Shown here piece by piece: positions 27,170 through 40,842 of a stretch of DNA of 64,000 nt; the first letter of the stretch is position 1, and each line of letters opens with the position of its first letter. Below the pieces are notes generated by a model that made no database searches, had not been told where the DNA came from, and worked only from the letters and a program-made list of their open reading frames with translations. The position numbers and the translations under genes are program-made. Source of the stretch: Eledone cirrhosa (taxonomy: Eukaryota); contig OZ024742.1 in assembly GCA_964016885.1 (NCBI GenBank), positions 174,902,001 through 174,966,000 on the forward strand, written 5' to 3'.

Positions 27170-27350
27170 TGAGTTGGCAGTATTGGCAGTGGGTCAGACA
27201 TGCTTTCCAGCGTAGTTACGTCCCTTTACGATCTGAGTTCAAATCTCGCCGAGGTTAAGTTTGTCTTTCATTCTTACGGGGTCCATAAAATAAAGTACCA
27301 GTAATACACTGGGTAATTGCTGGCCTTGTGCCAAAAGTAGAAACAATTAT
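27170..27350 (+). mobile_element. SINE family A
   Basis: Colinear with 38805-38990. Confidence 0.8.
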
Positions 27351-28134
27351 CATCATCATCATCATTATGATTATAATTGTCATCGTCTATCAATGAACAA
27401 CATCAAACCTCTTATATTTACATTCTTATTTTATATAACTCTATCTTTCACTCTCTATCTTTATATTTCTCTCCCTAAATTTATTTCATCATTGGCATTT
27501 TATTTTATCATATAATATAACTTACAACTAATTAATTAATTTATTTATTAAAATAACCAATACACACATAAATATATTTAACATTATCATATTTATACCT
27601 CCGTATATCTCTATATATTTTAGCCATTCTCAAAAACCACTCTCAATAATCATAATGTTTAAATATTCTTCGCACATTTTTAATTTTTTACTTATTTATT
27701 TTCATATTTTCATTTTTCATTTTTCACATTTTGTACCATTTTATATCACATTAGATGTAATTTATTTATTTATTTATTTATTTTTATATATTTATTTTTA
27801 TTTACATTTATTCATTTATTAACGTTTATTCATTCATTGCTGATATTATTTTTCCCTCTATTTTTCTTTCTGTCCTACGTTATTTCTCCTTATGCTTGTC
27901 TCTCCTCTTTCTTCCATCATTTCTCCATATATTTTCTTCTCTCTATATTCATTTCTCCTTTTTCTTCTTCTTTCTCTTTTTCTTCTTCATTTTCTTTTTT
28001 CCTTTTCCTTTCTTTCTTTCCTGTATCTATCTCCCTTTCTTTCTTTTTTTCTCTCTCTATCTTTATTATTAATATTATTATTGATGATGTAATTTGAATT
28101 TGTAAATTTGCCGGTTATATATATATGTTTTGTA

Positions 28135-28242
28135 ACAGTTTCTGAAGATCTGATCGAGCTAGCATCGTATTTGAAATTGGGTGGCACTGCTGTGTACAGC
28201 AATTTTTAGACAACTTTATCAGAGAAACAATTGTTAGACTGT
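28135..28242 (+). ncRNA. Type I hammerhead ribozyme (GUU site, cleavage after 28235)
   Basis: Helix I acagttt/agactgt; core CTGAAGA 28142-28148; helix II tctgat/atcaga; GAAA 28224-28227; palindromic helix III ACAATTGT. Confidence 0.8.
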
Positions 28243-28317
28243 AAATAAATCCCCTCCCTTTTTTGTCCTGTTGACCATTTTATTCTCCACTTTTTCAATT
28301 TTATATATATATATAAA

Positions 28318-29691
<1,374 letters not shown>

Positions 29692-29692
<1 letters not shown>

Positions 29693-29842
29693 CAATATAT
29701 TTAGAAACACACAGATACATGCGGACACACACATATATACATGAATGCATCCGCACCCAACTGTGAGTTAAGGTGCCAACTTCACCGATGTTGCTCAATG
29801 AATGACTGGGACAGACCAATTCAGTTGAACTAGACTGAACCA
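29692..29842 (-). repeat. Inverted partial copy of the 595-bp unit
   Basis: Reverse complement of 30178-30329 (tggttcagtctag...aaatatattgt), apart from a small indel. Confidence 0.92.
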
Positions 29843-29997
29843 AATCCCCCCTCCGCCTCCGTGGTATTTTCTTCGGGGTTATAAGAGGCTTAGCTCTGTT
29901 TCTCGACCGTTATATCGCGTGACTATCTCCCCCTCCGCCTTTTGGGATTCTTTCTCACGTCGTGTAGACGCGTTCTTGAGACTAGTAAAATGAGGTA

Positions 29998-30087
29998 TCC
30001 TCTTGATAAGTCGGCAGACCTCGCAAGGACTCTATATCTTTATGATATATTGTTTTTGTTTATGCCACGAAACTACGTAGTCGAGGA
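29998..30087 (+). ncRNA. Type I hammerhead ribozyme, U3-A8 core variant, copy 1 (GUC, cleavage after 30082)
   Basis: Helix I tcctc/gagga; core TTGATAA 30003-30009; helix II gt(c)ggca/tgccac; GAAA 30069-30072; palindromic helix III ACTACGTAGT; C17 at 30082. Confidence 0.8.
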
Positions 30088-30592
30088 ATTTAGGAGCAGT
30101 TTAGGTATGATACATTTTATTACTTATTATATCTAAATGTTTCTTCTCTCTTCATAATGTATTTTTAACTCTGATACTGGTTCAGTCTAGTTCAACTGAA
30201 TTGGTCTGTCCCAGTCATTCATTGAGCAACATCGGTGAAGTTGGCACCCTTAACTCACAGTTGGGTGCGGATGCATTCATGTATATATGTGTGTGTCCGC
30301 ATGTATCTGTGTGTTTCTAAATATATTGTTAATAACTCCCTCTGGTCGAGCAACCTTTGAAGTGTGGGGACAGTTGGAAAGCTTCCATTACTCATACTTC
30401 TCGCCTTCTTCACCACCTCTTCTACGGCCTCGATATAAATACCCCCTCCGCCTCCGTGGTATTTTCTTCGGGGTTATAAGAGGCTTAGCTCTGTTTCTCG
30501 ACCGTTATATCGCGTGACTATCTCCCCCTCCGCCTTTTGGGATTCTTTCTCACGTCGTGTAGACGCGTTCTTGAGACTAGTAAAACGAGGTA

Positions 30593-30682
30593 TCCTCTTG
30601 ATAAGTCGGCAGACCTCGCAAGGACTCTATATCTTTATGATATATTGTTTTTGTTTATGCCACGAAACTACGTAGTCGAGGA
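30593..30682 (+). ncRNA. Hammerhead ribozyme copy 2 (cleavage after 30677)
   Basis: Identical to copy 1, offset +595. Confidence 0.8.
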
Positions 30683-31187
30683 ATTTAGGAGCAGTTTAGG
30701 TATGATACATTTTATTACTAATTATATCTAAATGTTTCTTCTCTCTTCATAATGTATTTTTAACTCTGATACTGGTTCAGTCTAGTTCAACTGAATTGGT
30801 CTGTCCCAGTCATTCATTGAGCAACATCGGTGAAGTTGGCACCCTTAACTCACAGTTGGGTGCGGATGCATTCATGTATATATGTGTGTGTCCGCATGTA
30901 TCTGTGTGTTTCTAAATATATTGTTAATAACTCCCTCTGGTCGAGCAACCTTTGAAGTGTGGGGACAGTTGGAAAGCTTCCATTACTCATACTTCTCGCC
31001 TTCTTCACCACCTCTTCTACGGCCTCGATATAAATACCCCCTCCGCCTCCGTGGTATTTTCTTCGGGGTTATAAGAGGCTTAGCTCTGTTTCTCGACCGT
31101 TATATCGCGTGACTATCTCCCCCTCCGCCTTTTGGGATTCTTTCTCACGTCGTGTAGACGCGTTCTTGAGACTAGTAAAATGAGGTA

Positions 31188-31277
31188 TCCTCTTGATAAG
31201 TCGGCAGACCTCGCAAGGACTCTATATCTTTATGATATATTGTTTTTGTTTATGCCACGAAACTACGTAGTCGAGGA
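31188..31277 (+). ncRNA. Hammerhead ribozyme copy 3 (cleavage after 31272)
   Basis: Identical to copy 1, offset +1190. Confidence 0.8.
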
Positions 31278-31782
31278 ATTTAGGAGCAGTTTAGGTATGA
31301 TACATTTTATTACTAATTATATCTAAATGTTTCTTCTCTCTTCATAATGTATTTTTAACTCTGATACTGGTTCAGTCTAGTTCAACTGAATTGGTCTGTC
31401 CCAGTCATTCATTGAGCAACATCGGTGAAGTTGGCACCCTTAACTCACAGTTGGGTGCGGATGCATTCATGTATATATGTGTGTGTCCGCATGTATCTGT
31501 GTGTTTCTAAATATATTGTTAATAACTCCCTCTGGTCGAGCAACCTTTGAAGTGTGGGGACAGTTGGAAAGCTTCCATTACTCATACTTCTCGCCTTCTT
31601 CACCACCTCTTCTACGGCCTCGATATAAATACCCCCTCCGCCTCAGTGGTATTTTCTTCGGGGTTATAAGAGGCTTAGCTCTGTTTCTCGACCGTTATAT
31701 CGCGTGACTATCTCCCCCTCCGCCTTTTGGGATTCTTTCTCACGTCGTGTAGACGCGTTATTGAGACTAGTAAAATGAGGTA

Positions 31783-31872
31783 TCCTCTTGATAAGTCGGC
31801 AGACCTCGCAAGGACTCTATATCTTTATGATATATTGTTTTTGTTTATGCCACGAAACTACGTAGTCGAGGA
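31783..31872 (+). ncRNA. Hammerhead ribozyme copy 4 (cleavage after 31867)
   Basis: Identical to copy 1, offset +1785. Confidence 0.8.
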
Positions 31873-32377
31873 ATTTAGGAGCAGTTTAGGTATGATACAT
31901 TTTATTACTAATTATATCTAAATGTTTCTTCTCTCTTCATAATGTATTTTTAACTCTGATACTGGTTCAGTCTAGTTCAACTGAATTGGTCTGTCCCAGT
32001 CATTCATTGAGCAACATCGGTGAAGTTGGCACCCTTAACTCACAGTTGGGTGCGGATGCATTCATGTATATATGTGTGTGTCCGCATGTATCTGTGTGTT
32101 TCTAAATATATTGTTAATAACTCCCTCTGGTCGAGCAACCTTTGAAGTGTGGGGACAGTTGGAAAGCTTCCATTACTCATACTTCTCGCCTTCTTCACCA
32201 CCTCTTCTACGGCCTCGATATAAATACCCCCTCCGCCTCCGTGGTATTTTCTTCGGGGTTATAAGAGGCTTAGCTCTGTTTCTCGACCGTTATATCGCGT
32301 GACTATCTCCCCCTCCGCCTTTTGGGATTCTTTCTCACGTCGTGTAGACGCGTTCTTGAGACTAGTAAAATGAGGTA

Positions 32378-32467
32378 TCCTCTTGATAAGTCGGCAGACC
32401 TCGCAAGGACTCTATATCTTTATGATATATTGTTTTTGTTTATGCCACGAAACTACGTAGTCGAGGA
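32378..32467 (+). ncRNA. Hammerhead ribozyme copy 5 (cleavage after 32462)
   Basis: Identical to copy 1, offset +2380. Confidence 0.8.
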
Positions 32468-32611
32468 ATTTAGGAGCAGTTTAGGTATGATACATTTTAT
32501 TACTAATTATATCTAAATGTTTCTTCTCTCTTCATAATATATATATATATATATATTTATGTGTGTGCGTAAAGAAATGTCAGCAGGAAAAAACAGCACA
32601 GGAGAACAATA

Positions 32612-32805
32612 TAATTGTTTCTACTTTTTGGCACGAGGTCAGCAAATACCCAGTGCATTACTGGTACTTTATTTTATCGACCCCATAAGGATGAAAGGCA
32701 AAGTTAACCTCGGCGGAATTTTTGAACTCAGAATGACAAGGGCCGTAACTCTATGCGTCAAAACATGGCATCCGACCCTCTACCAATACTGACAATCCAC
32801 CGCCA
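32612..32805 (-). mobile_element. SINE family A
   Basis: Reverse complement of the family consensus seen at 38805-38990. Confidence 0.8.
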
Positions 32806-34384
32806 TATAGGAGAATAATATAATGCAAGGATAATATATTAGTGTAATACTTGATGTAGTTGTAAAAGAGTCTTACAGTTTCAGACTCTAATCCTTCATT
32901 GGAAGAGAGAACGAGCGAAAGAAGTGATGTTATTTAGGGGAGAGAAGTTAGACAAGAACGAGAAAGAACGGGAGAGAAGATAGACAAGAACGAGAAAATA
33001 AAGAAAACAGGACAAAGGTTGATAGTCTAGAAAGTGCAGTTCTTATTCAGTCATATATGTATGTATTTCTGTATATATATATATGTATATATAGCTTGCA
33101 AAATTCTAAAGATGGTGGCTAAGGAATATTTTGAAGAGAACTATTTAGATAGTAGAGTATAGAAAGGCAACAGCCATCAATTATATTTATTGATCAGGTA
33201 ACACATGCAATTTGATGGATGACATCAATGGTGGCCACTGTAAATTTATGCCTGGTATGTATCAGGCTGCTATATTTGGTGAGCATATTGGTGTGTGTGT
33301 GGTGGGATACTTTTGGTGAAGAGATGAGATAAGCAACCAACTGTTCAGCAAATAGGGGATTTATACAAACACTTATACACATACCCACATACAAACACAC
33401 ACACATATATAATACACACACACACACACATATATATATATACACACACATGCGTGCAAATATAAATATTCACACTCACATGTGTATGTACAGATGCATA
33501 TATGTGCAGATGCACACATGCACATATATATATATATATGCTTATTATATGTACACATACTTATTCATATACATACACACATACGTTTTCACTTTCTCCT
33601 CCACCTCCTCTCTGTCTCTCTCTCTCAGTTTCACATATATCCATTTAGTATTGGCAGTGGAAATGAATACTCACTATTATATTTGAGATTATCAGTCGAG
33701 TCAATATCCAGTTTCCATATTTCAAATGAACGAGTCAGCATATTATTTTCAAATATTTTTTTAAATAATTGAGGATTTGGAGGGATTAGTAATATAACTG
33801 AATGGTTCATTATTAAATTGTTGTTTGAAATGTAATATAACAAAGGTTCTTTCATAGAAATATGATAGAAAGAATTTAGATGAATATAAACACTTTAAAA
33901 TATGCAACTTTGTATCATAGCACAAGAGCTTGTTTCAGGCAGTTTGGTATCAAAGGGTTAACAATAGATCTGTTTGAACAGAATAGACCTCAAGCAGCTA
34001 AACAATAACAATATCTATTATACACAATATAACTATTATATACAATATAACTTTTTTTATATGATAAGCATTATATATAAAATATAGGATAAAAAGTATA
34101 TATAAAATATATAGCAAATCATATTAAAAATATAATTATGGTATCTTTATACTTACAAACCTCATTATTCAATGATAGTAATAATTTCATTTGATATGTC
34201 TCTACACTATGATATAGAGAACTTGCTTATTTGTAGTTGTGAATATTTCAATAAAGATGAACAAATTAAGATATGGTTTATACAATATAAAAGTTTATTA
34301 CAAATAATAAACTTCAGTATCAATTAAAGAAAAAAAAAATTTAGATGAAATAAATTTTCAGCAACAGCATCAAAGGGAATAGAA

Positions 34385-34900
34385 CTAGTGAAGAGAAATG
34401 GAATGAGATAGTTAGGTCATATGACTGGTTGAGAGGAATAGAGCCAGTGATAAATATTGTGAAGTGAAATGGAATGAGATGGTTGGGTCATATGCGGAGG
34501 AAGAATGAAAGTGATTGGGTAAGAGGAATACAGCCAGTGATAAATGTTGTGAAGAGAAAAGGAATGAGATGATTGGGTCATGTGTCGAGGAATGATAAAA
34601 CTGATTAGGTTAGAGAAATAGAGCCTAGGATGTATGTTGTGAAGAGAAATGGAATGAGATGGTTTGGCCATGTGTTGAAGAAATACTATAGTCACTATTT
34701 GGGAAGAGTGATGGAAATGAATGGGGAAAAAAGGACAGGAAGGGGAAGATCATGAAATACATGCTTAAACATGGTGGCATAGAAAATGAATGCCATGAGA
34801 TTGGTGAGTGTGGGATGCAGATGATAGAGTAAAATGGAGAAGCTTTTCATGAAGGCTGCAAGGGTGATACCTGCTTTAGCCATTAAGATGGCTATAAAAC
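34385..34900 (+). repeat. RTE 3' remnant with four tandem ~71-90-bp units
   Basis: gaagagaaatggaatgagatggtt(t)ggtcat at about 34391, 34461, 34551 and 34641. The unit encodes an RNGMRWFGHV-like RTE C-terminal motif. Confidence 0.6.
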
Positions 34901-35439
34901 ACCTATGGGTGGTTTTGTTAATAACTAAATGTCAGTAACTAGCTGCAACCTTGTGAAAGTCTTGTCAAACCCAGGCTCTGTTTCCCCAACAGACTGAAGA
35001 CTTCAAACTCTCAAAGTATTGGTTGCTCTCCAATAGCAGTATAAATATCAGGCATCTTGAGTCATCATTCCTTTTGTGCCTCCTCCCTGTTTAATGTGAT
35101 GGCCATCCACAAGAATGAGCCATGCAAAATGGACTGACTCTTTCAGTACATTTCACTTGATATCCTCCTGGGTTATGTATTTGCAATTCTCTCAACCTTT
35201 ATTATAAAGCAACATCAACATTGAAATTGATGATGATCTATATAAGTAGAGATAAAATGAAAGAAAAAAAGAAGCGCCAGTTTGTGCTTTTAGGTTTTGA
35301 ACACTTTCTCACTCTCCAAAGGTCATTCCTATCTTCAGATTGGTTAATTGAAGTCTTTCAGCTCACTATGTTTCATGTATAAGATTATCTTATGGAAGTA
35401 TACACACATACATAACACACGCTCACTAGCATCTGCAAC

Positions 35440-36330
35440 ATAGACAAAGCTTCCATCAGCTTTCAGCACCCTGCACATTTGTATGCAGTTGTCATCCTTC
35501 ATGCACATCAAATGTCCATACCAATGCAATCTCCTATCCTGCACATTGCATCTGATCCCTCTTATGCTCATTTTCTCTCTCAATTTATTTTGCTCTGCTG
35601 TTCATTTATATTATTATTACACATCCATCAAAGCTTGCAAGCTCCAATTCTTTCCAATCTTCACGGGTTCTCTGCACCCAGGCCTCACTACCATGCAACA
35701 TTGCTTTTCGTATACATGCTTAGTGGTTAGAGCATTGGACTTGCAATCGAAAGGTTGTGAGTTCAATTCTCAGATCGGGTGATGTGTTGTTTCCCTGAGC
35801 AAGACACTTTATTTCACATTGCTCCAGTTTACTCAGCTGTAGAAATGAGATGATAGGGACTGGGGTCCCTATCATTCCACTGCAAAGTGGTCGTGGAGGT
35901 GCCATGGCAAAAAAGCACCCAGCACTCACTGTAAATGAGGTTGGTGTTAGGAAGGGCAAATAGCTGTAGAAATCAAGCCAGAATCAGTTCCCATCCCACC
36001 CTTGCAAGCAGGGAAAAGCGGACGTAAAATGAAATGATGATGATGATGATGATGATGCATCATACAATCTGCCCTTCATTTTGAGGAAAAAAACTTTTGT
36101 AGCCAGCAAAAGTAGTAACTCCCTGAACTTTTTCATCCTGTTCTCCTTCTAGCTACTGTACTTTCAGAACACCAACCTTCACTGGTGATTTAGTCACAAG
36201 CTCTCTACTTAGCTAACCTACATGAGAACCCACTACATCTTGTGTGAACTTATAGTTTGTGTTTGGGACAGCAGATGGAATTTCTACCTACGCCTTTCCT
36301 GCACATTGAGCAAGGCCATAATTTGCATGG
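35440..36330 (-). mobile_element. RTE LINE fragment interrupted by SINE B
   Basis: ORF 35344-35583 (SIRGIRC.VQDRRLHWYGH) matches 16307-16501. Homology to 16600-16990 resumes after 36057. Confidence 0.8.
35716..36056 (+). mobile_element. SINE family B (tRNA head, CORE-like domain, RTE tail)
   Basis: Near-identical reverse complement of 14425-14767, with an (ATG)n tail. Confidence 0.88.
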
Positions 36331-37559
36331 TTTTCTCTGCAGCAAACCAGACATCAGCAGGACATCTGTTGGTTTCGATTTTGAGTATTTCAATTATTTG
36401 ATCAATGGTACAGCCTACTCATGAGACATGCGTGTAAATAGCTGAGCATTACACAGAAATATCTACCCTTAATGTAATTCTCAGGGTGTTTCAATGTGAC
36501 ACAGTGTATGATATGGCTAGCCCTTTGTACAGTCAATCAAACATATTTCAAAATAGTTTCAAAATCTACCCAAATTCCCTCTCAAGGAACAGGCAAAACC
36601 ATGCCTATGGCAATTGACTCTTGCCTGAGATACCATGCAATGTGATTGAACTCCAGACCTAATGATTGCAAAATAAACTTCTTAACCATTTAGTCATGCT
36701 GCAATCACAAATCTGACATAAAGGTTTTATTATCATTTTACACTCTTATACCCATGATATAATGGGTTTGATATATTGTTACAATTCCATACATAATCGG
36801 AGCTACTGTCCTTCTAGTTAAACCACACCAGTGAGAGGAAAGGAGTAGTGTGCCATATCTGTCTTACATATGTTCTAGTTTTGGCTCTATTTCATTGTAA
36901 AAAGCCTCTATTTTGTCCAATGATTCAGACTTTTAGTTTACACAATAAATTTCAAGTTGGTGTTCAGCCAGATCACATCTTTATTTTTTGTATGATGAAT
37001 ATGACATTATCAGACATTCTTCTCATCAGCTTTCTTGTTGTTATTATTGTTGTTATGCATATGAAATAGCAAGACATTGTTGAATTGCTAATTTACTTGA
37101 TTTCTTTATATATTTTTTGTTTTATTATTTAGTTGTATTTTTATTCTTTTTTTTCATATATTCTTCCACTCAGGAAGATTTTAACAGCAAATTCAAAGCT
37201 TTAAATATCTTGAATAATTGATTCAGCAAAAAAAAAACTCCTTTAAGCATGAAACATCCACATCATTTTGTTACAATGAATAAAAATTTTGGTTTAAAAA
37301 AACAAGATTCCTGGAAAATTAAAGTGTTCATTGTTGAGACCTTTAAACTTCTTGAACATAACTTAATTATGGAATTGTTCCTTGTAACTGCTAATAATAA
37401 TAATATTATTATTAATAATTTTTATTATTATTAATAATAATAATTCTTTTTTTCTTCTTTTTCTTCTTCTTCTATTCCTCCTCCTTCTCCTTCTGCTCAT
37501 TCTTTTTCTCCTTCTGCTCATTCTTTTTCTACTTCTTCTCCTTCTTCTTCTCTTTCTTC

Positions 37560-38658
37560 TTCTCCATCTTGTCCTGATCCACGTTTGAATGCACTAGAGC
37601 GTTTGCTCTTTAATTTTTGAGGAAAGGAAGCATGTCAATGATCAGGCAGTCCATTTGCTGTAAACATCCACTAAGTGGAGGACTGGGCATGCCGTGGCAC
37701 AAACATGTACTCAGGTTACATCTCTAGCTCTACCTCGACAGTGAACAGGTCTGGTCACTGTTTACTATACGCAGTTTTCCATAGCTCATCTCATTGACAA
37801 AGCTTCACTCCTGGGTCAAGCAAAGACTGAGAGGGAGCACTTGAAAACATCAAAGACTCCAAGTGGTCACAGCTCTCAGCTAATCAGGAAATGTGATCGA
37901 TGGAAACACCTACTTAGCTTTCAATAGAAGTTTGGTGGTGGGTGAAAATGAAGACGTTCTTAAGGAGACTCTAGATGTCAACAAAAATCAACTAATCACT
38001 CTTTACCAGAAAACATTCAGTGCAGGGCCAATGGATGACTTCCAGAAATCCTTGGCCTGGCAGTACTACAGAAAAGCTTTACCGATTTGAGATAAATTCT
38101 ACAAGCATGGAAGTGCCATCACTGAGGCTAGTCCAAGATATGGTCAGGGTGATGAAACCATCGTGCACACACTCATCAAGGGTCTGAGTATTGCTGACCT
38201 GTGGGTTTATATAGAATACCTGCTGTTACATGTGGAATGGATCTTTTGTGAAGATCATCCTGCCATCTTCCTTTAGAGAGGTCATGTAGTGGATGTGCCT
38301 GAAAGTTTTGAAGATAGCATTTTCAGATTTCACTTGAAAAGAAAAATCAAGATGGAGAGGGAAATGTTACTTCCAACCATTTTCTTGAAATCTAGGTGAC
38401 AGGCGAGCATGGACCAAGTTAATGGGTTGCTCTGAGTCAGTGCCTGTTGGAGGAGAACATCTGATAGAGAGCACATGTCTTAGCGGTCATAAGTGACCCT
38501 CAGAAGTATCCCTACTTCTGGGGAATTGTTTCTAATTTAAATATTTATTTTTTAGTTTTCTTTATAAAATTTCCCCTCACATAAAAATACAGACACTGTA
38601 CTGTTCTTTACTATCCTTATTGTCATCTTAATGTAAGCTCTGAGTCACTAATAAAAAC
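37560..38658 (+). mobile_element. Tx1/L1-like LINE 3' remnant
   Basis: HPLSGGLGMP (~37665) and FQKSLAWQYYRKALPI...ETIVH (decayed pre-CCHC region). Ends aataaaaac followed by (TTA)n. Clade assignment is by motif resemblance only. Confidence 0.55.
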
Positions 38659-38701
<43 letters not shown>

Positions 38702-38804
38702 GGTTTCTTTGCTCAGTGTCTAATGCTGGAGCTGTATTACAGTGTTAGCTGTTCACTACCAGTGAAGTGAGGCAACAACTCTTACTTTCATTATTATTAA
38801 TATA

Positions 38805-39123
38805 ACGGTGGATTGGCAGTATCGGTAGAGGGTCAGATGCCATGCTTTCCAACATAATTACGTCCCTTTACGATCTGAGTTCAAATCCCGCCGAAGTTGA
38901 CTTTGCCTTTCATCCTTACGGGGTCGATAAAATAAAGTACCAGTAATGCACTGGGTAATTGCTGGCCTTGTGCCTAAAGTAGAAACAATTATTATTAATA
39001 TAACGGTCTGAGTTCAAATCCCGTTGAGGTTAACTTTGCCTTTCATCCTTACCAGGTCGATAAAATAAAGTACCAGTAATGAACTGGTGAATTGCTGGCC
39101 TTGTGCCAAAAGTAGAAACAATT
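38805..39123 (+). mobile_element. SINE family A, full copy (38805-38990) plus an internally deleted tandem copy (39003-39123)
   Basis: Both begin after ttattattaatataacggt. The second copy jumps directly to ctgagttcaaatccc. Confidence 0.85.
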
Positions 39124-39134
39124 ATTATTAATAT

Positions 39135-40620
39135 AGTTTCATTTATCTTGCTTTATGTTCATACGAGTTATCACCAAGTCACAACCAGTGACCTCAAGAG
39201 ACAACAAGGTCCGCCATGTCCAAGAAAGAACATACATATTCACACATGCATCTTTAGGTGTTTAGACTTGTGATGTACTTATATTGACAGAATCTTCCTT
39301 AGTATATGGGCAGTTCCCATTAGTACTATCTTTTGTATTTCTCCAATACGCGGGTTTCCTGGGATTTGCGATAAGTAATCATTAGGCCCCTTAGGTATCA
39401 TTCCTAGAGCGCCTACAACCACTGGTATTGTTTTGGTTCTCAATTTCCACATTTTTCCAATTTCTATCTCCAGGTCCTTATACTTGCTCAATATTTCAAA
39501 TGTTTTTATAGATACATGCTTGTCTATTGGAACGGACAATCAATTAGCAGACTTTTAAAGTCCTTCAGTATTATATCAGGTCTATTTGCATCTATTTTTC
39601 GGTCTGTTTGGATCACATCTCAATCTTGTTCCACAAGATTGAGATGTGATCTTTTTCAAGTATGGGAGGTGGTTGATGCTCCCACCAATTCTTTTGATGG
39701 GGCAGGTCAAAATGCTTACACATTATCCAATGTATGTATTGTGCAGCTCTGTCATGCCTCTTTAGGTATTCGGTTGGAGCTATAGGACTACACATTGAAA
39801 TTATATGATCAATGGTCTCTGGTTGTTTTTTACATACACGGCATAATGGGTTGCATCCATTTTTAATTATGTTGGCTTGGTAATTTTTTGTTGGCAGACA
39901 CTGATCTTGTGCTGATATAATCAGTCCTTCAGTCTCCGATTTCAGTCCAGAGGATGCCAACCACTGATGGGTTAAAGTTTTGTCGACATCAGGATTGTTA
40001 GCTCTTTCTGGGTATTTTCCATACAGAGGCTTTTCTTGCCATTTCTTAGCCAGTTTCTGTAGCAGTTCTTTCTTTGCAGTTACTTTTACCTGCTTTGCAT
40101 TTTCTGTGTTTTCCATTTCAGCAGTAAATGGGACTTCTGAAATGTGTATTCCATTACTGTATCTTTGTGCATCATTTGTAATGGAGTATGATCTTTTGAT
40201 GCTTTCGAGTTTCAAAACGAGTTTGATCATCCAATCATGTGATTCATTGTAACTGTAGGTTACTACTGGTATGGCAAGCATGTTTATGGCATCGATCCTA
40301 TTCCTTGCATTCAATTCCGTTCTTAAGATTGCTCTTACTCTGCGGCAACATTCCTTCCTTATTCTTTCCCTCATTATCGAGTGCTTGATTCCGTCTCCTT
40401 CACACACACCTAGATATTTGTAAGTTTCCTCTTGATCAAGTTCTCTTATCACATTCCCCCGATCAAGATTAATGTCTGAACTTTTCAGCAGCTTTCCTCT
40501 GGTGAACGTTGCTTTCGTGCATTTATCTAGTCCAAACTCAATTTTAATGTCATCACTGAACTGCTCCACAGTGGATAATAGCCCTTGCAATTGGTCATCA
40601 TTTTTTGCAAATAGTTTTTA
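39135..40620 (-). mobile_element. R4/Dong-type non-LTR retrotransposon (RLE), 5'-truncated
   Basis: ORF 39613-40590 (FGLDKC, YKYLG, GLKSETEG, CRVC..QPETIDHIISMC, RHD) and 39279-39539 (K..KYKDL..EI, PVVVGALG, GTAHILRK). (AAT)n at both ends. Confidence 0.9.
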
Positions 40621-40631
40621 GGAGAATTATT

Positions 40632-40805
40632 ATTATTATTATTAATATTATTATTGTTATTGTTATTCCTTGAATCTCAGTCATTGATGTTGGTTAACTG
40701 GAAAGTCCGTTGGATTGAATATCAAGCCACTACCTGCAGCCTCAGATATTCAGGACGTATCGGAGGGTTCTTGCTGTTCCAAGCAAGCATGCCTTTTGAA
40801 GCGTT
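40632..40805 (-). mobile_element. Short 3'-end copy of the adjacent Dong-like element
   Basis: Near-identical to 40843-40981. Confidence 0.88.
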
Positions 40806-40842
40806 TATTATTATTATTATTATTATTATTATTTTTATTATT

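Larger units (their letters stand above)
26810..28304 (+). mobile_element. PLE-like 3' remnant with HHR and inverted partial copy
   Basis: 26990-27078 is the reverse complement of 28214-28304. HHR at 28135-28242; (TA)n on both flanks; a SINE A is inserted inside. Confidence 0.65.
29842..32538 (+). mobile_element. Tandem array of 4.5 x 595-bp HHR-containing units (retrozyme-like or PLE pseudo-LTR array)
   Basis: Exact 595-bp period (ORFs recur at 29942, 30537, 31132, 31727, 32322). About four substitutions seen among copies; one HHR per unit; (TA)n on both flanks. Confidence 0.9.

Noticed and set aside
29842-32538. CRISPR-like array, or tandem small genes (64-aa and 76-aa ORFs repeated)
   Set aside because: Units are identical along their whole length with no unique spacers. 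The ORFs are short, one has a non-ATG start and the other begins in a (TG) run, and neither has a recognisable motif.
32868-32910. Active minus-strand HHR
   Set aside because: The core reads CCAATGA (G5 lost) and helix I pairs poorly. At most a remnant.
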